From Verrucomicrobiota bacterium (GTDB lineage: Bacteria > Verrucomicrobiota > Verrucomicrobiia > Limisphaerales > JADJPG01), in the NCBI GenBank assembly GCA_046048995.1, contig JBJOEZ010000001.1, positions 25,048 through 89,047 on the forward strand: 64,000 nt of DNA. Direction: 5' to 3'. Made by a program: the position numbers and the translations under genes. Position 1 is the stretch's first letter. The number at the start of each line of letters is the position of its first letter. This document shows positions 37,055-45,787 of this stretch, one piece after another. The notes under the pieces were generated by a model. It did no database searches. It was not told the DNA's origin and worked only from the letters and a program-made list of their open reading frames with translations.

Positions 37055-38194
37055 ATGAAATCGATTCGTCCCGTCCCCGCCCGTTTTGGCGCGGTGGTCT
37101 GGTTGGTGCTCCTGGGACTCGTGGCCGGGAGGGAGGATGCGCGGGGGCAGGGTTGCGTGGCTTCGCGGGGCTCGGGCCTGAGTTGCCTGGCGAGTGGTCC
37201 GCATGTGGGGGAGATCCTGCCGCCGAAGTCGGGGTTCCAGGCCTCGGTGGGTTACCGGTGGCTGCATTCAGACCGGCATTTCCGGGGCGACGAGGAGGAG
37301 GAATACCGCCAGGAGGAGGGCAGCGAGGTCATCAACGACTCGCAGTTCATCGACCTGACCCTCACGTATGCCTTCAACCCCCAGTTCAGCGCCTCGCTCA
37401 TCGTGCCCTTTTCGATCAACGACCGCTCGCAGGTGGTGCGGTCCAATGACGCGGCCCGCACGATCCTGGACCGGTTCCACACGCAATCCTCCGGCCTTGG
37501 CGACCTGCGGCTGATGGGTAACGGGTGGATTCTGGATCCGGCCAAGCCGCGCAAGGGCAACCTGCTCATCGGCCTCGGGGTGGACATGCCGACCGGTGAG
37601 GATGACGCGGAGGACATCTTCCAGCGGTTTGACCCCTCGACCGGCCAGATCGTCGCGCGCAAACAGACCGTCGACCAATCCATCCAGCCGGGCGATGGCG
37701 GATGGGGGGCGGTCATCGAGCTTTTCGGCTACCGCCAGCTGTTGCCGCAGCTCTCCACCTACATCAATGGCGGCTACACGATCACCCCCGAGGAACTAAA
37801 CGGGGTGCCGACCTACCGGACCACCAATCCCTACGAGTCGGAGATGTCGATCGCGGACAGTTATTTCGGCCGCGGTGGCTTTGAGTACCTGGTCTGGGCC
37901 CGCTACGGAGTCACCCTGAGCCTGGGCGCGCGCATTGATGGCGTCCGTGTCCACGACCTGTTCGGCGGCAGTGACGGCTTCCGGCGCCCGGGTTACTCCG
38001 TTTCCATCGAGCCCGGCCTTGCCGCCATGTTTGGCGACTGGAGCTTCAACCTCTACACGCCCGTGGCCATGTATCGGAACCGCCTCCAGAGCGTCCCGGA
38101 CAAGCAGTGGACCGACGCCACCGGGGTCTATCGCCAAGGCGACGCGGCCTTCGCGGACTGGGTCTTCATCTTCAGCCTCTCCAAGCGGTTCTGA
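37055..38194 (+). CDS. Outer-membrane beta-barrel protein (transporter-like; MetA-pathway/phenol-degradation-like family possible)
   Basis: ATG 37055 preferred over TTG 36998. It has a signal peptide, alternating beta-strand pattern, an SSGLGDLRL motif and a C-terminal aromatic residue (SLSKRF). Confidence 0.65.
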   Translation: MKSIRPVPARFGAVVWLVLLGLVAGREDARGQGCVASRGSGLSCLASGPHVGEILPPKSGFQASVGYRWLHSDRHFRGDEEEEYRQEEGSEVINDSQFIDLTLTYAFNPQFSASLIVPFSINDRSQVVRSNDAARTILDRFHTQSSGLGDLRLMGNGWILDPAKPRKGNLLIGLGVDMPTGEDDAEDIFQRFDPSTGQIVARKQTVDQSIQPGDGGWGAVIELFGYRQLLPQLSTYINGGYTITPEELNGVPTYRTTNPYESEMSIADSYFGRGGFEYLVWARYGVTLSLGARIDGVRVHDLFGGSDGFRRPGYSVSIEPGLAAMFGDWSFNLYTPVAMYRNRLQSVPDKQWTDATGVYRQGDAAFADWVFIFSLSKRF

Positions 38195-38244
38195 GCCGCC
38201 GGGGTTCCCGGGCCGGGGGGCCGGGGGGTTTCGTCCGGGGCCAC

Positions 38245-38895
38245 TTAGCGCGCGCGCGCGGCGCGGACGATCTCCACGTATTGCCGGGCGAGGCGGGTGA
38301 GGGCGGGCCAGTCGGAGGATTGGAGGATTTCCGCGGTGATCAGGGATCCGCCGACCCCGAGGGCGGCGCAGCCGGCCCGGAGGAAGTCGGCGGCCGTGTG
38401 CAGGTCGACGCCGCCGGTGGGGACGATTTTCAGGTGGGGAAGGGGGGCGCGCAGGGCCTTGACGTAGGCCGGGCCGAGCTTGTCGGCGGGGAAGAGCTTG
38501 ATGAAGTCGGCGCCGAACTCGTGGGCGGTCTGGGCTTCGGTGGGGGTGTAGGCGCCGAGCATGACGGGGCGGTCCTGGGCTTGGGCGGCCTCGACGATTT
38601 CGCGGCGGGTGATGGGGCTGACGAGGAAGGTGGCGCCGGCGGCGAGGGCGGCGCGGGCGGCTTCGGCGTTGAGGACGGTGCCGGCCCCGACGGTGGCGCG
38701 GGCGCCGAGCTGGCGGGCGGCCGCGCGGATGGCCTCGAGGGCGTTGGGGACGGTGAGGGTGATCTCGATGGCGGTGATTCCGCCGGCCACGAGGGCCTCG
38801 GCCACGGGCAGCACCTGCTCCTGGCGCGGGGTGCGGACCACGGCGACGAGGCCGGGGTCGAGGAGCGCCTGGATGAGGTCCGCGCGGGAGGGCAT
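38245..38895 (-). CDS. eda: Bifunctional 2-keto-3-deoxy-6-phosphogluconate / 4-hydroxy-2-oxoglutarate aldolase
   Basis: GLVAVVRTP, GGITAIEITLTVPNALEAI, GAGTVLN, FLVSP and IKLFPA...VPTGGV are Eda/KDPG-aldolase signatures. Confidence 0.88.
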   Translation of the reverse strand: MPSRADLIQALLDPGLVAVVRTPRQEQVLPVAEALVAGGITAIEITLTVPNALEAIRAAARQLGARATVGAGTVLNAEAARAALAAGATFLVSPITRREIVEAAQAQDRPVMLGAYTPTEAQTAHEFGADFIKLFPADKLGPAYVKALRAPLPHLKIVPTGGVDLHTAADFLRAGCAALGVGGSLITAEILQSSDWPALTRLARQYVEIVRAARAR

Positions 38896-38908
38896 GGGCG
38901 GCGGGGGT

Positions 38909-39826
38909 TTAATGCTGGCGCTGGAGCAGGTAGGTGGCGAGCGCCTCGAGGGCGGGGGCGCGGCCGCGGAAGATCCGGAGCGACGCGAAGGCGCGGTCGG
39001 TCAGGTCGCGGGCGATGCGGCGGGATTTCTCGAGGCCGACGATGGAGGGATAGGTGGCCTTCTGGGCGGCGGTGTCCTTGCCGGCGGTCTTGCCGAGCTG
39101 CTCGCTGGTCTGGGTGACATCGAGGATGTCATCGATGATCTGGAAGGCGAGCCCGACGTGGTAGCCGAACCGGGTGAGCGCCTCGAGTTGGGCGGGGGTG
39201 GCGTTGGCGCTCATGCCGCCGAGGCGGGCGGCGCAGCAGAGCAGGGCGCTGGTCTTGCGTTCGTGGATGTATTTCAGGTCGGGGGCGCCGATGCGCCTGC
39301 CCTCGGCCTCCAGGTCGGCGACCTGGCCGGCGATGAGCTGGAGGGAGCCGGAGGCCCGGGCCAGCTCGAGGATGAGGTCGGCGTGGGCGTAGCGGGGCGT
39401 CGCCCTGGCCTGGGCGAGGATTTCAAAGGCCTGGGTGAGCAGCGCGTCGCCGGCGAGGATGGCGATGCCTTCCCCGTAGACCTTGTGGCTGGTGGGTTTG
39501 CCCCGGCGGAAATCGTCGTTGTCCATCGCCGGGAGGTCGTCGTGGATGAGCGAGTAGGTGTGGATGCACTCCACCGCGCAGGCGGCCGGCAGCGCATTGG
39601 CGGCGCGCCCGCCGCAGGCGGCGGCGGCGGCGAGGGTGAGGGCCGGGCGCATGCGCTTGCCGCCGGCAAAGAGGGAATAGCGCATGGCCTGGTGAATGGT
39701 GGCCGGGCGGGTCTTCGCGGCGGGCAGGAAGCGGTCGAGCGCCGCGTTCACCTGGCGGGTGCCCTGCTCGAGGAAGCGGGCAAGGTCGAAGGGGGCGGGA
39801 CGGGAACGGGAGGCGGAGGCGCGCAT
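38909..39826 (-). CDS. Polyprenyl (farnesyl/geranylgeranyl) diphosphate synthase
   Basis: First Asp-rich motif LIHDDLPAMDNDDFRRGKPTSH and second FQIIDDILD. Start trimmed to ATG 39824-39826. Chain length cannot be determined from sequence alone. Confidence 0.85.
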   Translation of the reverse strand: MRASASRSRPAPFDLARFLEQGTRQVNAALDRFLPAAKTRPATIHQAMRYSLFAGGKRMRPALTLAAAAACGGRAANALPAACAVECIHTYSLIHDDLPAMDNDDFRRGKPTSHKVYGEGIAILAGDALLTQAFEILAQARATPRYAHADLILELARASGSLQLIAGQVADLEAEGRRIGAPDLKYIHERKTSALLCCAARLGGMSANATPAQLEALTRFGYHVGLAFQIIDDILDVTQTSEQLGKTAGKDTAAQKATYPSIVGLEKSRRIARDLTDRAFASLRIFRGRAPALEALATYLLQRQH

Positions 39827-39941
39827 GTGGCGGGTGTTGTAGGAAATGGGCGGGATGGCGGCAAGCGGAAGGTGCGGCGCCCGCCCCACTCTTGCCAAGC
39901 CCCCCGGCCCCTCCTAGCCTTCGCGCTCCCGAAATCATCCT

Positions 39942-40868
39942 ATGGAAAACGTCGTCATCATCGGCACCGGCTGCGCCGGCCTGACCGCCGCCCTCTACAC
40001 CGCGCGGGCCAACCTGTCCCCGCTCGTCCTCACGGGCGCCATGCCCGGCGGCCTGCTCACCACCACCAGCACGGTGGAGAACTTTCCCGGTTTTCCCGAG
40101 GGCATCGACGGCTACGAGCTGATGACCCGCATGCAGAAGCAGGCCGAGCGGTTCGGCGCCCGCGTCCAGTTCGGCACCGTCGAGGCGGTCGACCTGGGCC
40201 GGCGGCCCTTCACCCTGACCATTGACGGCGAGCAGGTCCAGGCGCGCACCCTCATCATCGCCAGCGGCGCCGGCCACCGGCACCTCGGGCTGGAAAGCGA
40301 GGACAAGCTGGAAAAGAAGGGCGTGACCTACTGCGCCACCTGCGACGGCGCCCTGCCCATGTTCCGCAACCAGCCCCTGGTCGTGGTCGGCGGCGGCGAC
40401 TCCGCCTGCGAGGAGGCCACCTACCTCACCCGCTTCGCCTCCGTCGTCCACCTCGTCCACCGCCGCGACACCCTGCGCGCCTCCAAGGTCATGGCCGACC
40501 GCACCCTCGCCCACCCCAAGATCAAGCCGATCTGGGACTCCGTCGTCACCGAGGTGCTCGACGTGCAGCAGGACAAGGTCACCGGCGTCCGCCTCAAGAA
40601 CCTCAAGACCGGCCAGGAACAGGTCATTGATTGCGCAGGCCTCTTTGTCGCGATTGGGCATGTCCCCAACACCCAGCTCTTCCGCGGCGTGATCGACATG
40701 GACGAGAACGGCTACATCACCCGGGCGCAGGGCGCCGCCACCAACATCCCCGGCGTCTTCGTCGCCGGCGACTGCGCCGACCATGTCTACCGCCAGGCCA
40801 TCACCGCCGCCGGCATGGGCTGCGCCGCCGCCATCGAGGCCGAGCGCTACCTCGCCGCCGAGGCGTAG
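39942..40868 (+). CDS. trxB: Thioredoxin-disulfide reductase
   Basis: MENVVIIGTGCAGLTAALYTARA (FAD GxGxxG), redox-active CATCDG, NADPH motif VVGGGDSACEEA, and GVFVAGDCAD. Confidence 0.92.
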   Translation: MENVVIIGTGCAGLTAALYTARANLSPLVLTGAMPGGLLTTTSTVENFPGFPEGIDGYELMTRMQKQAERFGARVQFGTVEAVDLGRRPFTLTIDGEQVQARTLIIASGAGHRHLGLESEDKLEKKGVTYCATCDGALPMFRNQPLVVVGGGDSACEEATYLTRFASVVHLVHRRDTLRASKVMADRTLAHPKIKPIWDSVVTEVLDVQQDKVTGVRLKNLKTGQEQVIDCAGLFVAIGHVPNTQLFRGVIDMDENGYITRAQGAATNIPGVFVAGDCADHVYRQAITAAGMGCAAAIEAERYLAAEA

Positions 40869-40934
40869 TCCGGGGAGCGGCCCGCGCGCCGCGAGAATCC
40901 CCTCACCCGCCCAACGGCCGCGGCGGACGACGTC

Positions 40935-41019
40935 GGGAGGCTGGGTCCCAACGTGCACGCACGGTTCCGTTCCCCTGGGAGGAGGTGCGGGTTAAGCGGG
41001 CGGGACGCCCGCGCGCCGG
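40935..41019 (-). repeat. ~85-nt stop-codon-proximal repeat, copy 1 (full length)
   Basis: Gap-free alignment to the reverse complement of 47239-47321(+1) gives 71 of 85 identical positions by hand. It contains the hairpin GCGGGCG-gga-CGCCCGC (40996-41012) and GGGAGGAGGTG. It ends 12 nt from the stop of the 41032..43821 gene. Confidence 0.75.
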
Positions 41020-41031
41020 TGGCTACCCGTC

Positions 41032-43821
41032 CTACTTCCGGAGGCGGAAGATGCGCATCCCCTCCCCGGCGGGCACGGCGAACGGACTGGTCCCGGTTGC
41101 GGGCAGCCAGTTGGTCGCGGGCAGGCTGAACGCCTGTTCCAGCGTGAAGGTGCCGTCCCCCCAGTAAAGCACCGGCTGGCCGCCGAGCTGGGCCGCCTCC
41201 ACCCGCGGCGGGGGCGGGGTGGGCAGGCCGAGCACCTGGAGGTCCCAGGCGATGTCGCTGGAGGTGGTGCTCACCTGGTGGATGGAGACGGCGATCACGT
41301 TGGTCCCCGGCAGGAAGATGGAGGACGGGAACGTGTTCGTATGGAACGCCTGGGTGGCGGCCGCTCCGGAGATGGTGGAGGCGGCAAAGGTCATGAACGT
41401 ATAGGGACCGGCCCCCATGTTGTTGGTGAACAGGAGCGAGCCGTTCAGGTAGACCACGCAGCCGTCGTCGCGCTGGTAGCGGAACTGCACGGTGGCGAAG
41501 GCGGAGGGGTCCGGGACGACAAAGGAGCGCCGGAAATAGTAGTTGGTCGGCTGCGGCCCGCTGGAGCCGCTCAGGTAACGGCGCAGAAGGGTGTTGGCGG
41601 CGGCGTCCGTGCCAAAGCCGAGCCGGCCCACGCCATTGCTCCACGAGCTGTCGTTGAAGGTGGGCGCCCGCCACGCGGTGCCCTGGTCGGACCCGTTGTC
41701 CAGGTACTTCCACAGGGCCCCGAGGGGGGAGAGGACGGTCGGGGCGGCCCCCGGCACGGTGTAGTTCTGGAACATGAGCTCGGAGGTGCCGGTGAGGTCG
41801 GCGTTGACGGGATTGGCGAGGGAGAGGCGGAGCACGCCGTTCACGTTGGTGGGCACCGGGATGAACTGGCGCAGGCGTCCCGGGGGGAACAGGAGGGTGC
41901 CGCTGGTGGCGGTGCCATCGGTGCCGGCGAGGGTGTAATCGACCGAGACCGGGTTTGTGCAGAACATGCTCAGGCCGACGGGCACGCCGTCGGGGAAGCT
42001 GGCCAGGGTGGTCTGGTTGGCGCGGACCGCGAGGGCCAGGCCGGCCCGGCCGCGCGCGCCGTAGGCGGCCAGGCGGGAGGCGTCCGCGGCCGGGTTCCAG
42101 ACCGCGTTGTCCGGGAAGTTGGTGTCGGGCACCGTGAGGAGGTTGCCCTGGATGAACATCTGGCCGACCGCCTGGGTCCAGCCGGTGGTGCGCCAGTTGT
42201 AGCCGAAGACGTCCCGGTAATTCCAAAGGAACAGGCTGTTGGTGGCGCTGATGGTGCCAATGTAGCTCCCGATGTTGTCGTAGTTGTCGCCATGGCGGAC
42301 GCCCACCTTGTTGGCGGCGAACACGCATCGTTGCACCCGGCCGGTCGGGCCGTTGTAGCCGTCCTCGATGCCCTGGCCGCAGTCGAGATAGACCGTGTCA
42401 AACACCCGGACGTCCTTGTAGCCCGACAGGGAATTGCCCTCGTGGAAGGTGCTCTCAAACCAGCAGGACTGGTATTCAATCAGGGCAAAGCCGGTGGTGG
42501 CGGAGTCCGTCCCGCCCGAGTCCACGCCGTCGTCCTTGGTCCAGCCAAAGAGCACGTTGGTGAACCCGTGCCGGCCGCCGATGAGGTAGAGCCCGTCGTT
42601 GTCGCCGTCCACGAAGTTGGCGGTGTCATCCGGGCACTCGATGAAGGCGGCGTCGGTGACGCGGAAGCTGGCCCCGGTGTATTCGCCGCCGGTGGTGGCG
42701 CGTTGCATGAGGAAGCGGGTGAGCGTGAAGGTGCCGCCCTTGTAGGCGTGCCCGAACTGGCCGGCGAGGTAGATGGCGGCGCAGTCGGTCAGGGTGATGC
42801 TGGGGGCGTTGTCGACGAGGAAAAGGCATTGCTCCTGGCGATGGCCGTCGCCGCCGGTGGGATCGGCGCCGCTGGCGACGAAGATGGTGCCGGAGGCGTT
42901 GACCGAGCCGCTGGTGTTGCGCATGAAAAACCCTCCCCAGGGTTGGGCGCGGGAATTGGGGGTGAACACCACGGGCTGCTCGAGGGTGCCGTTGATGATG
43001 ACGGCGCCGTCATTGGTGATGTTGACCCCGGCGTTGAGGAGGACGACGGAGCCGGCCCCGATGGTAAGGCTGGCGCCGGCGGGGATGGAGAGGTGGCCGG
43101 TGACGCGGATGCGGGAGTTGTCCGGCCAGGTGGTGGCGCCGGCGAGGACGCCGGAGACGGGGGTCCAGGCGGTGCCGGCCTCGAGGGTGATGGACCGGTT
43201 GGTGGTCACACCCCCGACGGAGGGTTCGTAGTTGAGGATGCCGGGGGGCTGGTTGGAGGCGAGGAAGCCCGAGCCGACGCCGCGGCGGAGCTGGAAGGCG
43301 TTCTGGCCGGGGGCGGCCAGGCGGCCGTTGGCGCGCACGGTGCGCCCGGTCTCGTCGATCACCCAGGCGACCACGGGGATTTCGTAGCCGCTGGGAAACA
43401 CGGACGGGGCGAGCAGGCGCAGGCGGGCGCCCTCGAACTCGGCCGGGGAGGACTGGATGACGGGCCACGGCACCTGCGGGGGCAGGCCCCACTCGGAGCC
43501 GCCCCGCTCCGAGGCGCGCACGATGAAGAGGAGATTGGTGGCCACCGTGGTAATGCCGTCCGTGCGGGTGATCACGAGCTGGTAGAAGTCCGGGCGATTG
43601 GCCGTGAGGGCGGTGCCGACGGGGACGGGATTCCCGTTGAGGTGGGCGGTGAAGGTGTAGCCGGCCGTGTTGGCGATGGTGAAGGTCACCGTGTCCGCAT
43701 ACACGCCCTTGTGGGCGAGGCCGGTGACGCTGATCTGGCCGAGGGCCGGGGTGAGGAGGCTGGTGGCGAGGAGGAGGGCGGACAACAGCCGCGCGCAGTT
43801 CCGGGACAGCATAAGGGCCAT
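41032..43821 (-). CDS. Large secreted protein (929 aa): right-handed beta-helix-like core, jelly-roll module and conserved C-terminal domain
   Basis: Signal peptide MALMLSRNCARLLSALLLATSLLTPALGQ. The central region is paralogous to the 54029..56440 protein. The jelly-roll module LGALWKYLDNGSDQGTAWRAPTFNDSSW lies at approx 41227-41724. The C-terminus is ...GEGMRIFRLRK. Confidence 0.8.
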   Translation of the reverse strand: MALMLSRNCARLLSALLLATSLLTPALGQISVTGLAHKGVYADTVTFTIANTAGYTFTAHLNGNPVPVGTALTANRPDFYQLVITRTDGITTVATNLLFIVRASERGGSEWGLPPQVPWPVIQSSPAEFEGARLRLLAPSVFPSGYEIPVVAWVIDETGRTVRANGRLAAPGQNAFQLRRGVGSGFLASNQPPGILNYEPSVGGVTTNRSITLEAGTAWTPVSGVLAGATTWPDNSRIRVTGHLSIPAGASLTIGAGSVVLLNAGVNITNDGAVIINGTLEQPVVFTPNSRAQPWGGFFMRNTSGSVNASGTIFVASGADPTGGDGHRQEQCLFLVDNAPSITLTDCAAIYLAGQFGHAYKGGTFTLTRFLMQRATTGGEYTGASFRVTDAAFIECPDDTANFVDGDNDGLYLIGGRHGFTNVLFGWTKDDGVDSGGTDSATTGFALIEYQSCWFESTFHEGNSLSGYKDVRVFDTVYLDCGQGIEDGYNGPTGRVQRCVFAANKVGVRHGDNYDNIGSYIGTISATNSLFLWNYRDVFGYNWRTTGWTQAVGQMFIQGNLLTVPDTNFPDNAVWNPAADASRLAAYGARGRAGLALAVRANQTTLASFPDGVPVGLSMFCTNPVSVDYTLAGTDGTATSGTLLFPPGRLRQFIPVPTNVNGVLRLSLANPVNADLTGTSELMFQNYTVPGAAPTVLSPLGALWKYLDNGSDQGTAWRAPTFNDSSWSNGVGRLGFGTDAAANTLLRRYLSGSSGPQPTNYYFRRSFVVPDPSAFATVQFRYQRDDGCVVYLNGSLLFTNNMGAGPYTFMTFAASTISGAAATQAFHTNTFPSSIFLPGTNVIAVSIHQVSTTSSDIAWDLQVLGLPTPPPPRVEAAQLGGQPVLYWGDGTFTLEQAFSLPATNWLPATGTSPFAVPAGEGMRIFRLRK

Positions 43822-43937
43822 TATTTAGCCCAGAACCATCCGGGAAACCAGTGTTTTTGGGATCCCCGGGCCGGGTCGGCCGAGCAACGGACCCCATGAA
43901 GGCAGTCCTGTCCGCCAGCCCCGGGCCTGCAATTGGC

Positions 43938-43967
43938 TTGAGACTTGGGCTGGTTGGTGCCTAATAT
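43938..43967 (+). promoter_or_regulatory. Candidate sigma70-type promoter upstream of the PFOR-like gene
   Basis: TTGAGA (43938-43943), 18-nt spacer, TAATAT (43962-43967), about 95 nt upstream of ATG 44062. Called by eye only. Confidence 0.3.
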
Positions 43968-44061
43968 GGGGGCATGTCCCCGTCTCGCCGACCCGGGTTG
44001 TCGAGGCGGGATCCTGTCCAAGGTCCGCCCCCCGGCGGTGCACCCCCCACCCCCTCCGGCC

Positions 44062-45663
44062 ATGTCTGAGCCCCTTGCCACCCCCGCTCCCGCCCGCGCC
44101 AACACGCGCTCCGTCGATGCGACCCTGCTGGACGTGCAGGATTTCAACGAGCGCATCGTGGGCGCCTACAACGACGGATCGGCTGAAATCGGCCTGCCGG
44201 CCGACCCCGGCACCCTGCGGTCCTTCATCCCGGCCGGCACCGGCATCCTGCGCGACTTCTCCTACATCGCCCCCGAGATCCCGCTGCTCAACAGCGAGAA
44301 CTGCGTCGGCTGCATGGACTGCGTGACCGAGTGCCCGGACACCGCCATCCTTGGCAAGGTCGTGCCCAGGGCGAAGCTGGAGGCCGAGCTGGCCGCCATC
44401 CCCGACGAGGCCGAGCGCGAGCATTATCGCCGCCAGTTCGGCCGCACCACCAAGTACTGGAACGTCTATGAGAAAAAGGGGGCCGAGCCCGGCTACTTCG
44501 GCATCTTCATCGACCCCACCAAGTGCAAGGGCTGCGCCGAGTGCGTCGATGCGTGCGGCAACCACGGCGCCCTCAGCATGCTCAAGAAGGACGAGGTCAC
44601 CCTGACCCGCTTCCAGCGCACCTGGAACTTTTACAACCGGCTGCCCGAGACCCCGAAGGAGTTCATCAACGAGAAGCTGCTCAGCGACATGATGCTGGCC
44701 AGCCGCTCGCTGCTCTATGTCGGCGGGGCCGGTTCCTGCATGGGCTGCGGCGAGGGCACCGCCCTGCGCATGATGCTGGCCGCCACCGGGTTCGTTTACG
44801 GCCGCGACCACATCGGCATCGTCAACAGCACCGGCTGCTCCACCGTCTACGCGTCCACCTACCCCTACAATCCCTACCTCGTTCCCTGGACCAATTCCCT
44901 CTTCGAAAACGCCCCCGCCGACGCCATGGGCGTGCGCGCCCGCTGGGACCAGATGGGCTGGCAGGACAAGAAGCTCTGGGTCGTGGGCGGCGACGGCGCC
45001 ATGCTCGACATCGGTTTCCAAAGCCTCAGCCGCATGCTGGCCAGCGGCATGAACATCAAGGTTCTCGTCCTCGACACCCAGGTCTACTCGAACACCGGCG
45101 GCCAGTCCTCCACCGCCACCTTCATGGGCCAGAACACCAAGTTCACCGTGCACGGCAGGGCCATCCCCGGCAAAGTCGAGCGCCGCAAGGAGCTGGCCCA
45201 GATCTGCATGATGCACCCCAACACCTTCGTGGCCCAGACCAGCTGCGCCATGCCCAACCACTTCTACAAGGCCGTCATGGCCGCCAACGAATACGACGGG
45301 CCCGCCGTCATCAACGTCTACACCACCTGCCAGCCCGAGCACGGCGTCGGCGACAACATGGCCATGCAGCAAAGCAAGCTGGCCGTCGACACCCGCACCT
45401 TCCCCGTCCTCATCTATGACCCCCGCAAGGGTGCCAAGATCGCCGAGCGCCTCAGCCTCCAGGGCAACCCCGCCACCAAGGAGGACTGGTACACCGATCC
45501 CAAGTCCGGCGAGGTCTTCGACTTCGTCATGTTCGCCCGCAGCGAGGGCCGCTTCGCCAAGCACTTCGACCAGGATGGCACGCCCAGCCCCACCCTCCTC
45601 GCCGCCCGCCAGGAACGCCTCGAGAACTGGCGCACCCTCCAGGAACTGGCCGGCCTCATCTAG
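44062..45663 (+). CDS. Pyruvate/2-oxoacid:ferredoxin oxidoreductase C-terminal half (2x[4Fe-4S] ferredoxin domain + TPP-binding domain)
   Basis: CVGCMDCVTECPDTAI and CKGCAECVDACGNHGAL are ferredoxin clusters. GGAGSCMGCGEGTALR and GGDGAMLDIGFQSLSRMLASGMNIKVLVLDTQVYSNTGGQSS (TPP/Mg site) match PFOR domains V-VI. I chose ATG 44062; the track ORF starts at TTG 43945. Confidence 0.82.
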   Translation: MSEPLATPAPARANTRSVDATLLDVQDFNERIVGAYNDGSAEIGLPADPGTLRSFIPAGTGILRDFSYIAPEIPLLNSENCVGCMDCVTECPDTAILGKVVPRAKLEAELAAIPDEAEREHYRRQFGRTTKYWNVYEKKGAEPGYFGIFIDPTKCKGCAECVDACGNHGALSMLKKDEVTLTRFQRTWNFYNRLPETPKEFINEKLLSDMMLASRSLLYVGGAGSCMGCGEGTALRMMLAATGFVYGRDHIGIVNSTGCSTVYASTYPYNPYLVPWTNSLFENAPADAMGVRARWDQMGWQDKKLWVVGGDGAMLDIGFQSLSRMLASGMNIKVLVLDTQVYSNTGGQSSTATFMGQNTKFTVHGRAIPGKVERRKELAQICMMHPNTFVAQTSCAMPNHFYKAVMAANEYDGPAVINVYTTCQPEHGVGDNMAMQQSKLAVDTRTFPVLIYDPRKGAKIAERLSLQGNPATKEDWYTDPKSGEVFDFVMFARSEGRFAKHFDQDGTPSPTLLAARQERLENWRTLQELAGLI

Positions 45664-45688
45664 CGCCGCCGCGCATCGCCCGCCGGGG

Positions 45689-45703
45689 GCGCCCGCGGGG
45701 CGC
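45689..45703 (+). terminator. GC hairpin with 3-nt loop after the PFOR-like gene (putative U-tract-less terminator)
   Basis: GCGCCC-gcg-GGGCGC, 26 nt after the stop at 45661-45663. Confidence 0.25.
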
Positions 45704-45787
45704 AACGGGGTGAGGCGCCAGGGCTCGAGCCAAACACTTCACTTGCCTGCGGCGGCGGCCGTGGCGTAAGGAGGGATTCGTCATCAC

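Noticed and set aside
40975-40990. GGGAGGAGGTG inside the 85-nt repeat as the Shine-Dalgarno of a hidden small ORF
   Set aside because: No ATG, GTG or TTG follows at a 4-12 nt spacing in either full-length copy, and the downstream reading frames are not conserved between copies.
43945-44061. Longer N-terminus of the PFOR-like ORF (TTG 43945 or ATG 43966)
   Set aside because: The extension translates to Pro/Gly/Arg-rich low complexity (…RPPAVHPPPPPA) and overlaps the best promoter-like hexamers. Homology-like sequence starts after ATG 44062.
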